A stretch of DNA of 63,745 nt, filler included, from Phoronis australis (taxonomy: Eukaryota > Animalia > Phoronida): the NCBI GenBank assembly GCA_002633005.1. It is 10 parts of 10 records of this genome, joined end to end, with 100 filler letters (N's around TTAATTAATTAA, not from the genome) between each part and the next. Parts side by side here need not be neighbours in the genome. Positions count along the whole stretch, not along the records: positions 23,179 to 29,642 come from NMRA01002159.1; positions 29,743 to 33,754 come from NMRA01002747.1; positions 33,855 to 39,039 come from NMRA01002401.1; 7 more parts are not named here. One strand, 5' to 3'. Positions 23,179 through 36,073 of this stretch are shown in pieces. Position numbers and translations under genes: made by a program. How positions within the stretch are numbered: position 1 is the stretch's first letter; every line of letters begins with the position of its first letter. The notes under the pieces were generated by a model, which made no database searches, had not been told where the DNA came from, and worked only from the letters and a program-made list of their open reading frames with translations.

Positions 23179-26037
23179 AGTATTCATTCGTCAATAGGTA
23201 TTACCTAACATCGGCCAGGGACAACCAGTCATCCTAGATTGTGTTTAGTATGAAAATTCGTCTGCTGCTCGTTTTCTCGTGGTTTATCGTATGACGAGGA
23301 ATAGCAAGGTCGGCGTTGCGTTTTTGGTGGTTGTTTAACCACGCTATGGCTCTTTTCACTTTCTCGCGGGACATCGGAGATGCGTGGTATCAGGAAGAGA
23401 TCTTCCTGGTGGTATGGATGTATGTGTAACAAACTACCGTGTTGATGGATATCATACACTGACGCTGAGTAGGCCTACGTTCATACGTCACACTCATGTT
23501 CGTGGGACTAAGAAACTTTCTGTTGAAGTTGCTTTTCTTCTATTTTCTGGTTTCTCGTGGGGATATTGAATTCACGATTGGATATGCAGAGCTAAAGAAA
23601 GGTTTAGTGGTGCTGACAAAATTTATGTAGTCACTTGCTAGAACAAGGTAAATGGTGGTTTAAGCACTTTAAGTCTTGTGCCAAAAGGTTCAGTATCGGC
23701 ACTGGGCTGTGTTTCTATAGGCCATAGCGCCGATACGCTCCTTACTTAGTTGTTTAATTCTTGCGTCTATCTTTTGTGTCGCGTTTTATCTGTCAAAAGA
23801 ATCGAGTCCCGCACAACGAAATTCCTTGTTCGGGAAATACACCGAAGGCTGCAATTTTTCGTTGGAGTTCGACCGACTTGTGTTCTGGTATCGTTTGTTT
23901 TTAATCGGTGCATTCTGTTCGATTTCCGGCCTGACATCAACTTCCGTAGTTTCGAAAATTCTAATAGTTTTTTAAAAAACGTCTTCTGACAATTTTTCAC
24001 GTCCTTTGCAAAAGCCATTGCACTGGGTTTTACCTATGTATGAACGCGAAACATTTTTCTTATCGCCATACGGTCATGTCTGCTCACCCAGTTTCGCGCT
24101 GTCATAATAGTTGAGTTATTTAATATTGGTGCCAGTCGAATGAGGCACCGGCTATATCACTGAGGCCACAGCTGCATCGTGCGCGAGGGCGTTTCCTGCT
24201 GCCTTGCAGTCCAAAAAAAAAAGTCGCCAGACAACAACTTTTGCTGCCGCATACCTGCCTTTGTAATACGCTACATTGAATGTCAGCTTCAGAAACAGCA
24301 TTGAATGAGTGGAAATCTTTATTTAAGTAAGGAAGTAGTCACCACTGACGTCATGAAGTTGGATTTTCTACGGACATCGCTTTTGTGAGTTGGAGCGTAA
24401 AATTTCTCATTAAAATCGTTTGTAGTACAAAACGTCTATGCCATTACGTATTTAGCAGTAGGCCCACAGACCTCCTGTACAAATGGCGAGTTTCACCCTT
24501 GTTTGTGCTATGTATGTGTCCATTTAGATTAGCCCGCAAAATAAAATACTTTGTTCTGTGCAGTAAACGCAGACTACAAACTAAGATTGTACACCTAACC
24601 GATTACACCAACAAAATCCTGTTTCACTGTAGTCCTAGCCAGTTTGGCAAATACTAGGTATATTCAGAGCCAATTCCGTGACTTCCGATATGTTCCGAGG
24701 CAGCATGGATTCGCCATTGTAACCTACGGGTATTCTAGTTTGAAGCTGTCGATTTTGAATTCACCTACTCCTCCCAGAATGTGACTAAGAATATCGCAGG
24801 TAATAGCGACAAGTAAAACGCAAAAATGGACAAGGATCACAGGTTTATGGACAAGGATCACAGGTTAGTGGAGGCTAATATTATATTTACAAGTAACATC
24901 ATACCAGGCAATAATGGTGACTAAGTACCAATGTCAGTACTACAATGGATGTCACCTAGCACAGCAAAAATAGTGAAGAGTTGCACAGATCATGTTTCGT
25001 CGACGTAAGAATCTCGCTGACAAATCTTCGTGGTCATGTTCTTAGCTTGCAACTACATGGTGATATCTCCCGAAGTCTTGTGTTCTTGTCTTTTCGCGAG
25101 ATTCTCACCTCTATACAGAACGCAGGCCAAATGTAACTTAAGGCACTTGACACTGTGTCCGATGATGTGATTGTGTTAACACAAATACCGTGAGGGACAA
25201 TGATAACCCTGTCTACGAGGGTGCGTTGTGTTGCCACATCATTTTGTATTTGCAGCCACAAGTCTTTAATATGGAAGGCAAATGAATTGCAGTGATTTTC
25301 ATTCCACACTTCAACATTTCAACCTCACCAAACCTGCCATTGTGCTACTGAGCTGAGGCTAACAAGGTCTCGAACATGTACTCTCGCCTTTAACTCTGTG
25401 ATTTCGTGTGATCTCCCTTGATTGTGGTCTATGAATGCAACCCAATTTTGGATAACTTAGACCTTAGGCTGTTATAGCTCACCTACTAGTTTGTGTTCTT
25501 GTCTCCTCTTAATTTGTGCTTTTGGACCACCAAACTCTGGACACCATGGGTGGTGACAAGATTAACATGAATCCATGCAACACTGCCAGGATCCTGAGCA
25601 ATTCTGTCTTTGGTGATTACCTTGTCAGAAATTCCTGCACAAATTTCCAAAAATGTGTAGTCTCTTGATCAGATGTAATTGCCTAACTGATGTTATCAAT
25701 CTTCAAGGCTTCCCAATAGGTGCTACGGAGCTTGCTGGGATTAATGTAAATAATTCCAGTAAAAATAATTCTAGTATTCTGAAATACATGGGAATGCAGC
25801 AATTATCTAAAAGCAGCTGTGTATTAATTTAACAAGCCAATGCAAACCATTTAGTATGGAATTCAAAATAACCCGTTCTCAAGACATCATCACAAAAGTC
25901 ATTAGCCACAAGAACAATATCAGGTCCAGTATTAGGCAAGAGGAATTATCTACCAGCCAATGTTATTAACAAAATTCCTCAACATACACCTGGCCTGACA
26001 TCTGGTGACATATGACTGAATTACACAGAGATCCATC

Positions 26038-26309
26038 CTAGAGAGGAAGCTTCCCTGCAATCTGTACACAGTTCATGTTACACAAGGCATCGGCTAAAGC
26101 CGCAGCAGTTGCCTTGCTAGCAAATTTCTTGCGCCATTTATCCAGCATGTCGTGTATCTTCTCATACAGTCCACCATGCTCGTTATCATGGGAGAAAGCA
26201 TCCAGCTGGCCAGAAGAGAATCCTAACTGTCGGCCTAGTTCTCGCCACTTATTACCAATATTGGTGCAGACAATATTAATGTCATTGTCTGTGATGACAC
26301 GGTTAGAAT
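26038..26309 (-). CDS. RHIM + death-domain protein (RIPK1/IMD-like), terminal exon encoding the death domain
   Basis: tttgtttcag| phase 1. (D)SNRVITDNDINIVCTNIGNKWRELGRQLGFSSGQLDAFSHDNEHGGLYEKIHDMLDKWRKKFASKATAAALADALCNMNCVQIAGKLPL* has the classic death-domain motifs G..WR.LGR.LG and LYEK...ML..W. Confidence 0.92.
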
Positions 26310-27459
26310 CTGAAACAAATGACAAACTATAACAAAACATTTGACACAGAGTATTACCATGCATCCACCATGTGCATCACAAATGACAGACTGGGTGATC
26401 ATTTTTTCAAACTGTTTAAAGCACTTTAGAGCAGAGCAACTGTAGTAAATTTAAAATTAAATCTATAATGGTTCAGAGGTAGTAATCAAACAAAAAGAAA
26501 ATGCAATCTTCATATTGATTGCAACATTGGATCCATAAAATAACCAGACTGCCCATCTTGATCACCTAAATAGAAATTAATTTGACATGATCATTCTTCA
26601 AGGGGTTTGGCATCCAGTGAAGAAAATTCCAAAAATGCATATTAAAGTGAACAATGACCCTGAGAGGCAAAACACGCATTGGAACAGTCAAGAAATGGCC
26701 TAGTACTGTTCTCTCCAGGATAAATTCTTATGTATCAAATTATGTGAATATCCTCCATCAAATCTGAATGTAAAGAGTAAAATTGCCACAAGGGGGTAAC
26801 AAGGTAAGCCAAGTCTCCATCAACAGAAACACCATTGTCAAATTTCATAGCAATTATTCAAACCGTATAGGGAACTCGACTCCAGTCACGGAAATACATG
26901 AGGATAGTTGAGGATTTTCAGCGAAACACGTAGTTTGATCACAGAAAAGGAGAAAACAGCAAAACACGTTAGACATTACTTAATGTGGAAATTGTCATCT
27001 GCCTGAAGTAAATACACCGTTCTGAAGGACTCTAATACACCCATTGAATAACATGAAGAATTCCATTGAAGAATTTGATAAGATTTTAAAGCAGACCAAC
27101 CGAGAACAAAATTACCACTACGGGGGCACATCAGAAATCAGAATCATTCAAAAAACAACCATCACCCATACAGAGGCTGAATTAAAAAATTTAAATTGTC
27201 ACAAGGGGGATAGCAGTATTCGGATCAGTGCAAAAATCAATGTCAGCTATACTCTCATCACTCCAATTGTCGCATTTAATGGGGATCCTTGATTGGGCTA
27301 AACAGGCAGGCACAAGAAATCTAAAATTTCACTTGGAGGCAAAACAATGTTTGGATGTGTGCCAAAATCACCATCAGCCATGCTCTCTTCAGTAGAAACG
27401 TATCTTTTTAAATTTATTAATGATTCTTACACAAACTTGGAAACTACATTATTAGTGCG

Positions 27460-28458
27460 ACAAGTACACAAAGATAGCAACTGACGTCCAATTAGCCCGA
27501 AAATCGTAGGCCATGCTCAATTCATTAGGAGCTTGTGTCCCTGCAAATGGATGTATCTGACAACCGTTGTGCCCCGTCACATTCATAGGAATACACTTGT
27601 CAAATTTCACAAACATCCAACTAATGGTTACAAGATACACTTGCCGATGGAAAAAATGCTGCAAGAGGCAAATACAGTAGTCCGAGTCGCCCAAAATTGC
27701 CAGTCTTGTCAGTTGAAACACGCAAAGTTATCTGCCAATTTTCACAATGCTGCTTTTGAGTGTTAGTCAGATACTACAGCGGGACCACAAAAAATTTCCG
27801 AAAATTAATAAAAATCGAATTGATGCAAAGCTTATCGTCATCTGTCATCTGGTTCTACATCTGCCAAATCTCATTAAAATCCTGCAAGGGTGTGAAAAGT
27901 GCTGCAGTAGATGATTAAAGACGAGCACCCTGACAGCCGTGATGGCAATAGACATCCACATTATATAATGTGAATGCACGAAGTTCATCTCACTTAAACT
28001 GTACATTGTCTTTATTCAGACAATGTATTATTTGACTGTTGCCAATTTTCACAATCATCCTTAGAGCGATTTGGTTGATAGGGGGTGGACGCCAAAAAAC
28101 AGGCTCTAAAATAGCAAAAATGGCCACTAGGTTGCGCAAACTACACCAAATCCATCCAAAAACAGGAGGACAGCATCATCTCACTAATAGATGCTCATAT
28201 GCCAAATTTTATGAAAATACCTTGAGGACCTTTGAAGATACAGAGGTAAGCGTAAAAAACTAAAATTGCCACTAGGGGCCACACCGGTAGTCGGATCCGT
28301 CTGAAATTTCCCTCATGCCGTCCTATCCATGAAATAAACACGTGCAAAATTTCGTGAACACATGTTAAAGGGTTTTGGAGATAGACCAGCAGACGCAAGA
28401 CAGACGGACGGAAATGACAGCATAATGCGTCCACATATAAATATGTGGGCGCATAACA
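27460..28458 (+). mobile_element. Helentron-associated (HINE/DINE-like) non-autonomous element in an intron
   Basis: Repeated CCAAATTTCA..AAAATCC..GAGATA subunits, a GACG/GACA microsatellite and a terminal hairpin ATGCGTCCACATAT-AA-ATATGTGGGCGCAT (28425-28454). Same family as 45945-47290. Confidence 0.6.
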
Positions 28459-28598
28459 ATCGAGTTTTAGAAGCCCTTGCTAGGGGTTTAGCATACTATC
28501 AGACATATAGGGCTTCCCGATGCAGTTAATCAGGTTTTTAACACAACTGATATTAATACACAAACACACAAACACAAACACACAAAGAGGGAACTTAC

Positions 28599-28811
28599 CA
28601 GTTACATCCACTTCAACTTGAGTTTTTTGTTTTCTTTTGCCACTTTCGGAGACGGGAAATGGAAAACCAGAAGAGAATGGCGCTGCATTGAATGACGCTG
28701 CACCCGACGACCCACCATTTCTTGGCAAGATGATATGCATTGTATTCCCGTCACCAATTTGTATGTTTCCAGCGCCACTATAATTATGGATGGTCGTCCT
28801 ACCTCCACTTC
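28599..28811 (-). CDS. RHIM + death-domain protein, RHIM-containing exon
   Basis: ctttaaag| ... |gtaagt, 213 nt, phase 1-1. (G)SGGRTTIHNYSGAGNIQIGDGNTMHIILPRNGG...VEVDVT contains IQIGxxNxM, the RHIM core. Confidence 0.88.
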
Positions 28812-29278
28812 CTTTAAAGACAAAATACATGGTATAACTAGTTATGATACTATTCATAACAGTAACAGTACAGATAATTACAACTGTCAGTGAATCTCCA
28901 AAGGTATTACACTAATAGTTCATTTGCAGCAATGTGCTATTTTAGAAGCAATGGTTCAATTACTCCCGTTTTCCAATGCACTGAAAGTTTCACCTCCAAA
29001 GTTGAGTAAGGCGATATAGCATACAGTCTGAAGTCAAGTTGGCTTTCACACTACATCGCCAGTTTTGCATGATTATTATCTCAACTTTTCATCTACAGTC
29101 AAACGTGAAAATGCAGTGCAACAAAAATTATTCCTGACCACTTCAGGGTTACAACTTTTAAGCTTGTGACGTTGTTGCCCTACCCTATGCTGAATTTGAA
29201 CCCCGATACTGTAAAAGGTGTTAGTTTTTCCCTCACTTATTTACAGAGAAGAAGCTAAACCAGCATGAGTACACTTAC

Positions 29279-29315
29279 CATGTTGGTGCACAATAGTCTG
29301 CGGTTGTGTAGGGTT
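29279..29315 (-). CDS. RHIM + death-domain protein, short upstream exon
   Basis: ggtttcag| NPTQPQTIVHQH(G) |gtaagt, 37 nt, phase 0-1, compatible with the next exon. Confidence 0.7.
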
Positions 29316-29642
29316 CTGAAACCATCACAGTATCACGTCATTATAATAAGAATAATTAAACGACTTGGACAGATTATGATTTAGTACTGTTACAGACCCA
29401 CCAGTACAAAGCATACTGCTCTTGATAATTCGCAAAATTGGTCTCTCATACCTCCATATTGACTGCTACTGGGGTAATGAGGTTTCAACTCATTTGAAAT
29501 TTTTTGAGAATTAGTGGAAATATCACTGCAATTTGATCCTGAGATCATGAAGTGGAACTTGCACGCTAAGTCCTTATTGCTGTGATCGCTTGGTCAAATC
29601 AGTAAGAAACACAACATATAGCGACAATGTGAATATGGAGTA

Positions 29643-29742
29643 NNNNNNNNNNNNNNNNNNNNNNNNNNNNNNNNNNNNNNNNNNNNTTAATTAATTAANN
29701 NNNNNNNNNNNNNNNNNNNNNNNNNNNNNNNNNNNNNNNNNN
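29643..29742. other. Artificial scaffold-joining spacer
   Basis: 44N-TTAATTAATTAA-44N. Confidence 0.95.
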
Positions 29743-29820
29743 ATACAGTGATGAAGAAATACTATAGAGCCGCCGTGAACAAGCTCAGACAACGGAACGT
29801 ATGGATAATCAAATTTGCCA
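29743..29820 (+). pseudogene. Second KolX-like fragment (same family as 9290-9352)
   Basis: TACAGTGATGAAGAAATACTATAGAGCCGCCGTGAACAAGCTCAGACAACGGAACGTATGGA closely matches the reverse complement of ~9291-9352. Reads YSDEEIL*SRREQAQTTERMDNQIC. Confidence 0.6.
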
Positions 29821-30295
29821 TTAATCACTGTGTGAAATGGTGGTAGTTGGTGCGCATACATAACGCAGAAGACAGCAAAAGACGGCATTTTGATTATTAT
29901 TCCTTTTAGCAGTTGCATCAAATGACTCGTCCGAAAACAGAGGTAAAATAGGACAACGAAAAATCGAAATTCGTGCAAACACAATGTGATATCCGTCTCG
30001 GACAGGTTTTTAGGTTTTGTTTTTAATAGTGAATCGTGTGGAGTATTCCGTTGTTTTCGCATGGACTTGTGAGGTCACTGCAACATCGGGCGCGATGTTT
30101 CCGGTTTTCATGCCCTGACGTAAACTTACGGACAAAAATCTTTCACCTTGCGTGGTAACCTATGTCGTACGGACTCAGTGTCTGGTTCTTCAATGTGATG
30201 CTTATTCGTTGTGAATGGGCTTATAATCAAGTATGTTTCGACTCTTCATTTGTCTGATTGGGGCATCTTACTGCAGTGTCATCGGACGATTGATT

Positions 30296-31150
30296 TCAAA
30301 CGGTTACCTGGTGGGTTGATTTCGCTCAACTTAGATACTTGGGCGTGTCTGGCGACGATAACCCACCACTAGATTTGTCTGGCAGTATTTATTCCTGATA
30401 CCTGGGCTTACGGCGAATATTTTGCAAATGCTTTCACGCGGTTACCTCTTTGGTTAATCTAGCTCAACTCAGGACTTTGGGCGTGTCTGGTGGGGCTAAC
30501 CCACCGCTAGATTTGTCTGGCAGTGTTTATTCGTGATATCTGGGCTAACGTTGAATATTTTGGAACTGGTTTTAAGCGTTTACCTCTTGGGTTGATCTAG
30601 CTCAATTTTCAAAACCCTTTTTGATAATCGTCTGGCACGGGCACCCCACCACTGAAATTGTCTGGCATCTAACAGTTGTGCCATGTACAGTGATTCTGAA
30701 CATTGGGCAATTAGTTTCAAACGGTTACCTGGTGGGTTGATATAGCTCAACTCGGGTATTTGGGGTGTCTTGCGGGGCTAACTCACCACTATATTTGTCT
30801 GGCAGTGTTCATTCGTGATACCTGGGCTCACGGTGAATATTTTGCAACTGGTTTCACGCGGTTAGCTCTTGGATTGATCTACAGTAGCTTAATTTGTTCA
30901 CCTTGTTTATAACTGTCTGGCTGATACTCCCCAACACTGAAATTGTCTGGCAGTGACCAATTTTGATACAGTGAATTACGTAGTAGGTATCCAAGGCAGT
31001 TTGAAGTGGTTACCAGAAAAGTTGATCCAGCTCAATTTTTGAGTGTCATTCTCGTGGCTCCCCTGACCACACCCACCAAAGCGAGCCTGCCAGACGACCA
31101 TTTCCAAGCATCAGGATACCCATAGAGCACTGTGGCACCAAAGAAAATTG
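30296..31150. repeat. Diverged ~140-bp satellite array (about 6 units)
   Basis: Units begin with (C)GGTTACC..GTTGAT..GCTCAA at ~30301, 30439, 30577, 30722, 30859 and 31007; most contain TTGTCTGGCA. Confidence 0.85.
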
Positions 31151-31565
31151 GTTACCTTTTCATGCCCAAAAAAGCTCTCGAATCCCGGTCTATGTGCAAT
31201 TAGTCACATCTGGTTTAATTTGTTGATCAAGAGTTGGCCTACTAGCTTCAAGCATAGCCTAGGTCCTGGTGAGATAGGCACTACCGGGACTAACAGTTAA
31301 TTTGTCATTGATCTGAAATAATACTTAATGTTATTAATTATATATTTTAATTACTATAAAAAACCAGGCTCGCAATTGAAAATAAAAATTATATGACCAT
31401 CAGTTCTGCTTTCTTGGTTTTAATAATTACATCTATTTCATGTGAGTATTTTTCAAATAACAATCTCGACCAAGTTGAATTTTAAAATTAAAACACCTAA
31501 TTCTTTCGTCCAAAGCACAACCTCGTTTTACAGTAGAGCTCAATTTCAGTTAAATGGACAGAACA

Positions 31566-32149
31566 CAGTGGCGGATTCAGAGGGGAGCCAAGGGGCCATG
31601 CCCCAGTCCCCCCCCCCCTAAAATTCTCCCAGATTCCATTTGGCAGTTCAGGAGCGNNNNNNNNNNNNNNNNNNNNNNNNNNNNNNNNNNNNNNNNNNNN
31701 NNNNNNNNNNNNNNNNNNNNNNNNNNNNNNNNNNNNNNNNNNNNNNNNNNNNNNNNNNNNNNNNNNNNNNNNNNNNNNNNNNNNNNNNNNNNNNNNNNNN
31801 NNNNNNNNNNNNNNNNNNNNNNNNNNNNNNNNNNNNNNNNNNNNNNNNNNNNNNNNNNNNNNNNNNNNNNNNNNNNNNNNNNNNNNNNNNNNNNNNNNNN
31901 NNNNNNNNNNNNNNNNNNNNNNNNNNNNNNNNNNNNNNNNNNNNNNNNNNNNNNNNNNNNNNNNNNNNNNNNNNNNNNNNNNNNNNNNNNNNNNNNNNNN
32001 NNNNNNNNNNNNNNNNNNNNNNNNNNNNNNNNNNNNNNNNNNNNNNNNNNNNNNNNNNNNNNNNNNNNNNNNNNNNNNNNNNNNNNNNNNNNNNNNNNNN
32101 NNNNNNNNNNNNNNNNNNNNNNNNNNNNNCCCCCCCAAATCCGCCTATG
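31566..32149. mobile_element. hAT-like MITE ends flanking an assembly gap
   Basis: CAGTGGCGGATT...AATCCGCCTATG with a gap at 31657-32129. No target duplication is visible. Confidence 0.5.
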
Positions 32150-32984
32150 ATTTTGTACTTTATCAAATTGTCACCTCTGTGGTCACAGGTGATTTGAACC
32201 GTTGGAGAGAAATTTTCAATCACAAAGGAAATTTTAGGCCTAGTCGTGGCCGGGAATTTCGCGTGATTTTTCAATATTTTTGAGAAAGGAATAGGGCCGA
32301 TATTTGGGCCCAAAATTGAGGGATTGAGGGCCCTGTCCTTTTTGTAAAGAAAAATGCATCGCGCTTCAACCCATAGTCATGAAAACGCAGCCTAGCTCCT
32401 CGTTGCTATGGCGGCACCCAGTCCGGGATGCGACAAATTATGATTCGAAAACAGTTATTAATTTTACAAGGACATATTTTCCTTCGTCGCGGCGTATGGC
32501 AAGGACCCAATGCTTCCGAATCCCAACGTCCTTAGGGATTGTAAAAAAACAATGTCCGTATTTTTTCTAGCTGTTCGTGCAACGCGGAGTACAACTACGC
32601 GGATAAGCCACCAGATCTATCGTAGCGAGCCTCGTTTTGGAACGCGCCTCCTGTCGACGTGAATAGGGTCTATAACAAAGCTGAAAATGCTCTTACTACA
32701 TACACTGTATATGCCCGTGGATGCCTACATATGCAGCACAGTATATTTTATATTGAAAAGCAGTGGCGTATTCCCACGGTGGCCGAAAGGTGAGACCAAA
32801 CAATTTCATAACGTCTGTTGAATATTTCTGGCTGTGATAGTGTTCAAAAGTATGCATAAATGAGAAAGTTAACAAAATTACTATAATTTCCTTAGTCCAA
32901 TGCACTGTTTAAGAAAAAAGTGCAAATCCATAGATATTCCAAATCCTCGATCAGCGATTTCTGGAGTGCCGAGGTTGGAGTATG

Positions 32985-33125
32985 ATCCGACTCGACACAA
33001 AATTTTGGAGTCTTGATTTGAGTTAACAGCCATTCTTGGAACATTTTCGGATCCGTGAGTAAAATGTGAAACGTCATCCCAATGCGATACAATTGTTAAT
33101 AATGCTGACAGCCAGAAACGCAATT
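32985..33125 (-). pseudogene. THAP zinc-finger remnant (DNA transposon-derived)
   Basis: NCVSGCQHY*QLYRIGMTFHILLTDPKMFQEWL...KFCVESDH resembles THAP CxxxGC..FH..P.D....W..C..H. Confidence 0.45.
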
Positions 33126-33754
33126 AGAAACTACAACGATTGCAACACAAAAACTAAAAAGATTTCGGAACTCGAGTCTTGGTGCCAACATTACGTCGCT
33201 AATTGTTTTTAATTCACCGATTTGACCGCTTGCATGGGGCACAAAATGCATAAGTTCGTGTAGTGCGTAAGTCACCTTCGAAGACTCATTTACTGATCGC
33301 GAACGTAAAAAGGCTGTCAAAAGCGGCAAAGTATACCCTTTCTGAAAAGTTTCTAGTCGGCAAAAATTTCAAGACTTTTTTCATTGTATCATTGCGTGTG
33401 TCTCGGGTCTATCCGAGGACAGTACTGTTCTCTCGCTCACACCTCTCCCGGACCACTTTTCCCGTCTCGCGGACATATTTCTATGCTCGCGGACGGACTA
33501 ATTCTGCTCCCCGGCCACACATTATTCCATATTCGCGGTGCTCCTTATCCGTTCAAGAACAAACTCGTCGATTTAGCTGCCGAAATATTTTCGTTGCTGT
33601 TTCTTTTGTCCAATAAAGTACTTGAATATAGTAAAATCGAATAGAAATGTCTTACATTATCAGCATTTAAATGCACTCCAACATAGAGCGTACGTCCAGA
33701 AAGAAAAACGGTGCGTGACCACTCCTTATAACTATTTAAGTTGTTGATATCGGT

Positions 33755-33854
33755 NNNNNNNNNNNNNNNNNNNNNNNNNNNNNNNNNNNNNNNNNNNNTT
33801 AATTAATTAANNNNNNNNNNNNNNNNNNNNNNNNNNNNNNNNNNNNNNNNNNNN
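33755..33854. other. Artificial scaffold-joining spacer
   Basis: 44N-TTAATTAATTAA-44N. Confidence 0.95.
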
Positions 33855-34407
33855 TGCCATCCCCCTCCCATACGGATTTTGCTGGACAGCCCAAACAAAA
33901 ATCCTATAAAATAATAGTTCTTGCTCAAGTTGATCGAAACCATTTATTTGCACTTAGCTGCTTTCAGATATCGAGTGAGTTTTGAGTGAGTAAAAGATCT
34001 AATGGCCAGCGGCAATAACGTTAAATTAAAATGGGACTTAATGCCCAATGCAGCGCCACCTATTTCTGGGGTGAAACCCTTTGTTATGGTTCTGCGACTC
34101 GGCGAGTTAGCTCCAAAGTTTTACAGAGTTCTGCCCATGTCTGACCAGAACATGTCTGCCACGTGTGCAGTCCACAGAACATGGTTCTCAAGAGAACAGT
34201 GTCAACATGCAAGCACATGCAAAATCACAAGAGCGAAAAATGGGTCTTTCGTAAACTGGCAAAATGGCCAGCACTCAAGTGATTGGTCTGCGATAAAAAT
34301 CTCTTTTCCATAAGCACTCTAAAGACTGCAGCCCAGTTTACTGTGAAACCCCCTTGGTATTCCATATAGCACTGTTGAAAGTCAGCCAGAAGGGTGATGA
34401 CACTTAC

Positions 34408-34476
34408 CTCGGCTCTAAGAATTTGAACGGTTCAGACGGGTACTGCTTGCAGACGGTTGCAATTTCAGTTTGGAAA
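34408..34476 (-). CDS. DARS1: Cytoplasmic aspartyl-tRNA synthetase exon
   Basis: cttccag| (N)FQTEIATVCKQYPSEPFKFLEP(S) |gtaagt, phase 2-2. Confidence 0.9.
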
Positions 34477-34816
34477 CTGGAAGAAGAGACTGAATTATAA
34501 CATTGACTACAGCAATAATACCACTATCTTAATCTTGGAGTGATGCAACCATGGGATATAACATACTGACGTAGATTTTCATCACATTTCCTGAACTTAA
34601 GATTCTGTATACGCTTATCATGTGAGAAAGTTAGAATCTGCAGAAGCCAGTGTGTAGTGTTCACCTGCGTTAAAACATTTATCACAAGAAAATAAATTCA
34701 TAGTTAAAAATAAAACAAAATAATTGCAGGCGGACTGGTACACATTGCACCCATTGTACCAGACGTGTACAGGCCGCTTGGGTGGGCCCATTGCACTGAT
34801 CACCTGGAACCATTCT

Positions 34817-35078
34817 TGTGCTTTATTAGAATACAAATGAGCTGAGAATCTAGAGACTCTAGGGTATAGCAGTGTGCCCCAGTGGCACTCAAACCTATGA
34901 CCTGGAGTAAAGGAAGTGGAAACACAGCTTCCTCATTAAATAAGGAAAGTCCAACGAGAACATTTTTCTCCATTCGACATATTCACGAATCATCAAATGT
35001 AGCGTCTCGGTAGCGCTACGACACTGGTGTGCAACAGTTTTCAAAAACCTATTAAACAGTTAATCTACAGGTTACTTA
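34817..35078 (+). repeat. ~260-bp near-identical duplicate, copy 1 (probable allelic overlap)
   Basis: Repeated at 35676-35934 immediately after a single N at 35675. Confidence 0.85.
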
Positions 35079-35079
35079 A

Positions 35080-35669
35080 CCCTTATCCTGCGCTAGGCGA
35101 GGTCAGCCGACATGCTAATTATCCTATTAAAATGCGTTGGGTGTACTCAATCGACTATAATAAGTTACAGCTGGGCTGCGCTAGGAGAGTGCACTCACCC
35201 CAGGACACTTGTGATTTTCATTCAGAAATTGTAAGAGCCCTGGAATGTTGTTTAGATGTGTGACCATGAGCATTCCATACTTCACAACTTCCTCTACTGT
35301 TCTCCAATTTAAACCATATGGCTGTGATTACTAGTTTGGGAGATATTGGCAGGTTTATGTAAGGGTAGACACATAGTTTCATTATATGGCTGGAGCCATA
35401 CGGGAGAGGATGACAGTGGATCAGTTTACATTCACCAAGGCTATGATAAAGACTTATACATGGTGAAATTCTCCATTAAATTCTGCACAAGTTTTGTATT
35501 GACTCCTTTTCTGTGAATTTAATATTTCCCCTTCAAATTTCCAATTTAAAATTGTTAGGTCATTTGTTTAGGTGACCTCCACAACAGCTTAGTGTAAAGC
35601 AGTAGTGGTGACCTACTTAGCTCAGCACACAGGGAAAGTAGTCTGAATAGAGGCTCAGCAGGATAAGGG
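35080..35669. mobile_element. piggyBac-type MITE (590 bp)
   Basis: TTAA|CCCTTATCCTGC ... GCAGGATAAGGG|TTAA. Confidence 0.8.
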
Positions 35670-35675
35670 TTAAGN

Positions 35676-35934
35676 TGTGCTTTATTAGAATACACATGAG
35701 CTGAGAATCTAGAGACTCTAGGGTATAGCGGTGTGCCCCAGTTGCACTCAAACCCATGACCTGGAGTAAAGGAAGCGGAAACACAGCTTCCTCATTAAAT
35801 AAGGAAAGTCCGAGAACATTTTTCTCCATTCGACATATTTACGAATCACCAAATGTAGCGTCTCGGTAGCGCTACGACACTGGTGTGCAACAGTTTTCAA
35901 AAACCTATTAAACAGTTAATCTACAGGTTACTTA
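35676..35934 (+). repeat. ~260-bp near-identical duplicate, copy 2 (not followed by the MITE)
   Basis: Matches 34817-35078 and continues ...GTTACTTATGATG without the insertion. Confidence 0.85.
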
Positions 35935-36073
35935 TGATGTAGTCTTAATCCTCACTGACATTTGAATAGTTTGCACTCACTGAACTCATCAAAAGGTGAA
36001 AAGTGAAGTAAGGCTCAACTCCCTCACCACCACCCCACACTCCCCCTCCCTCCACTGTATTCCCCTGACCTAC

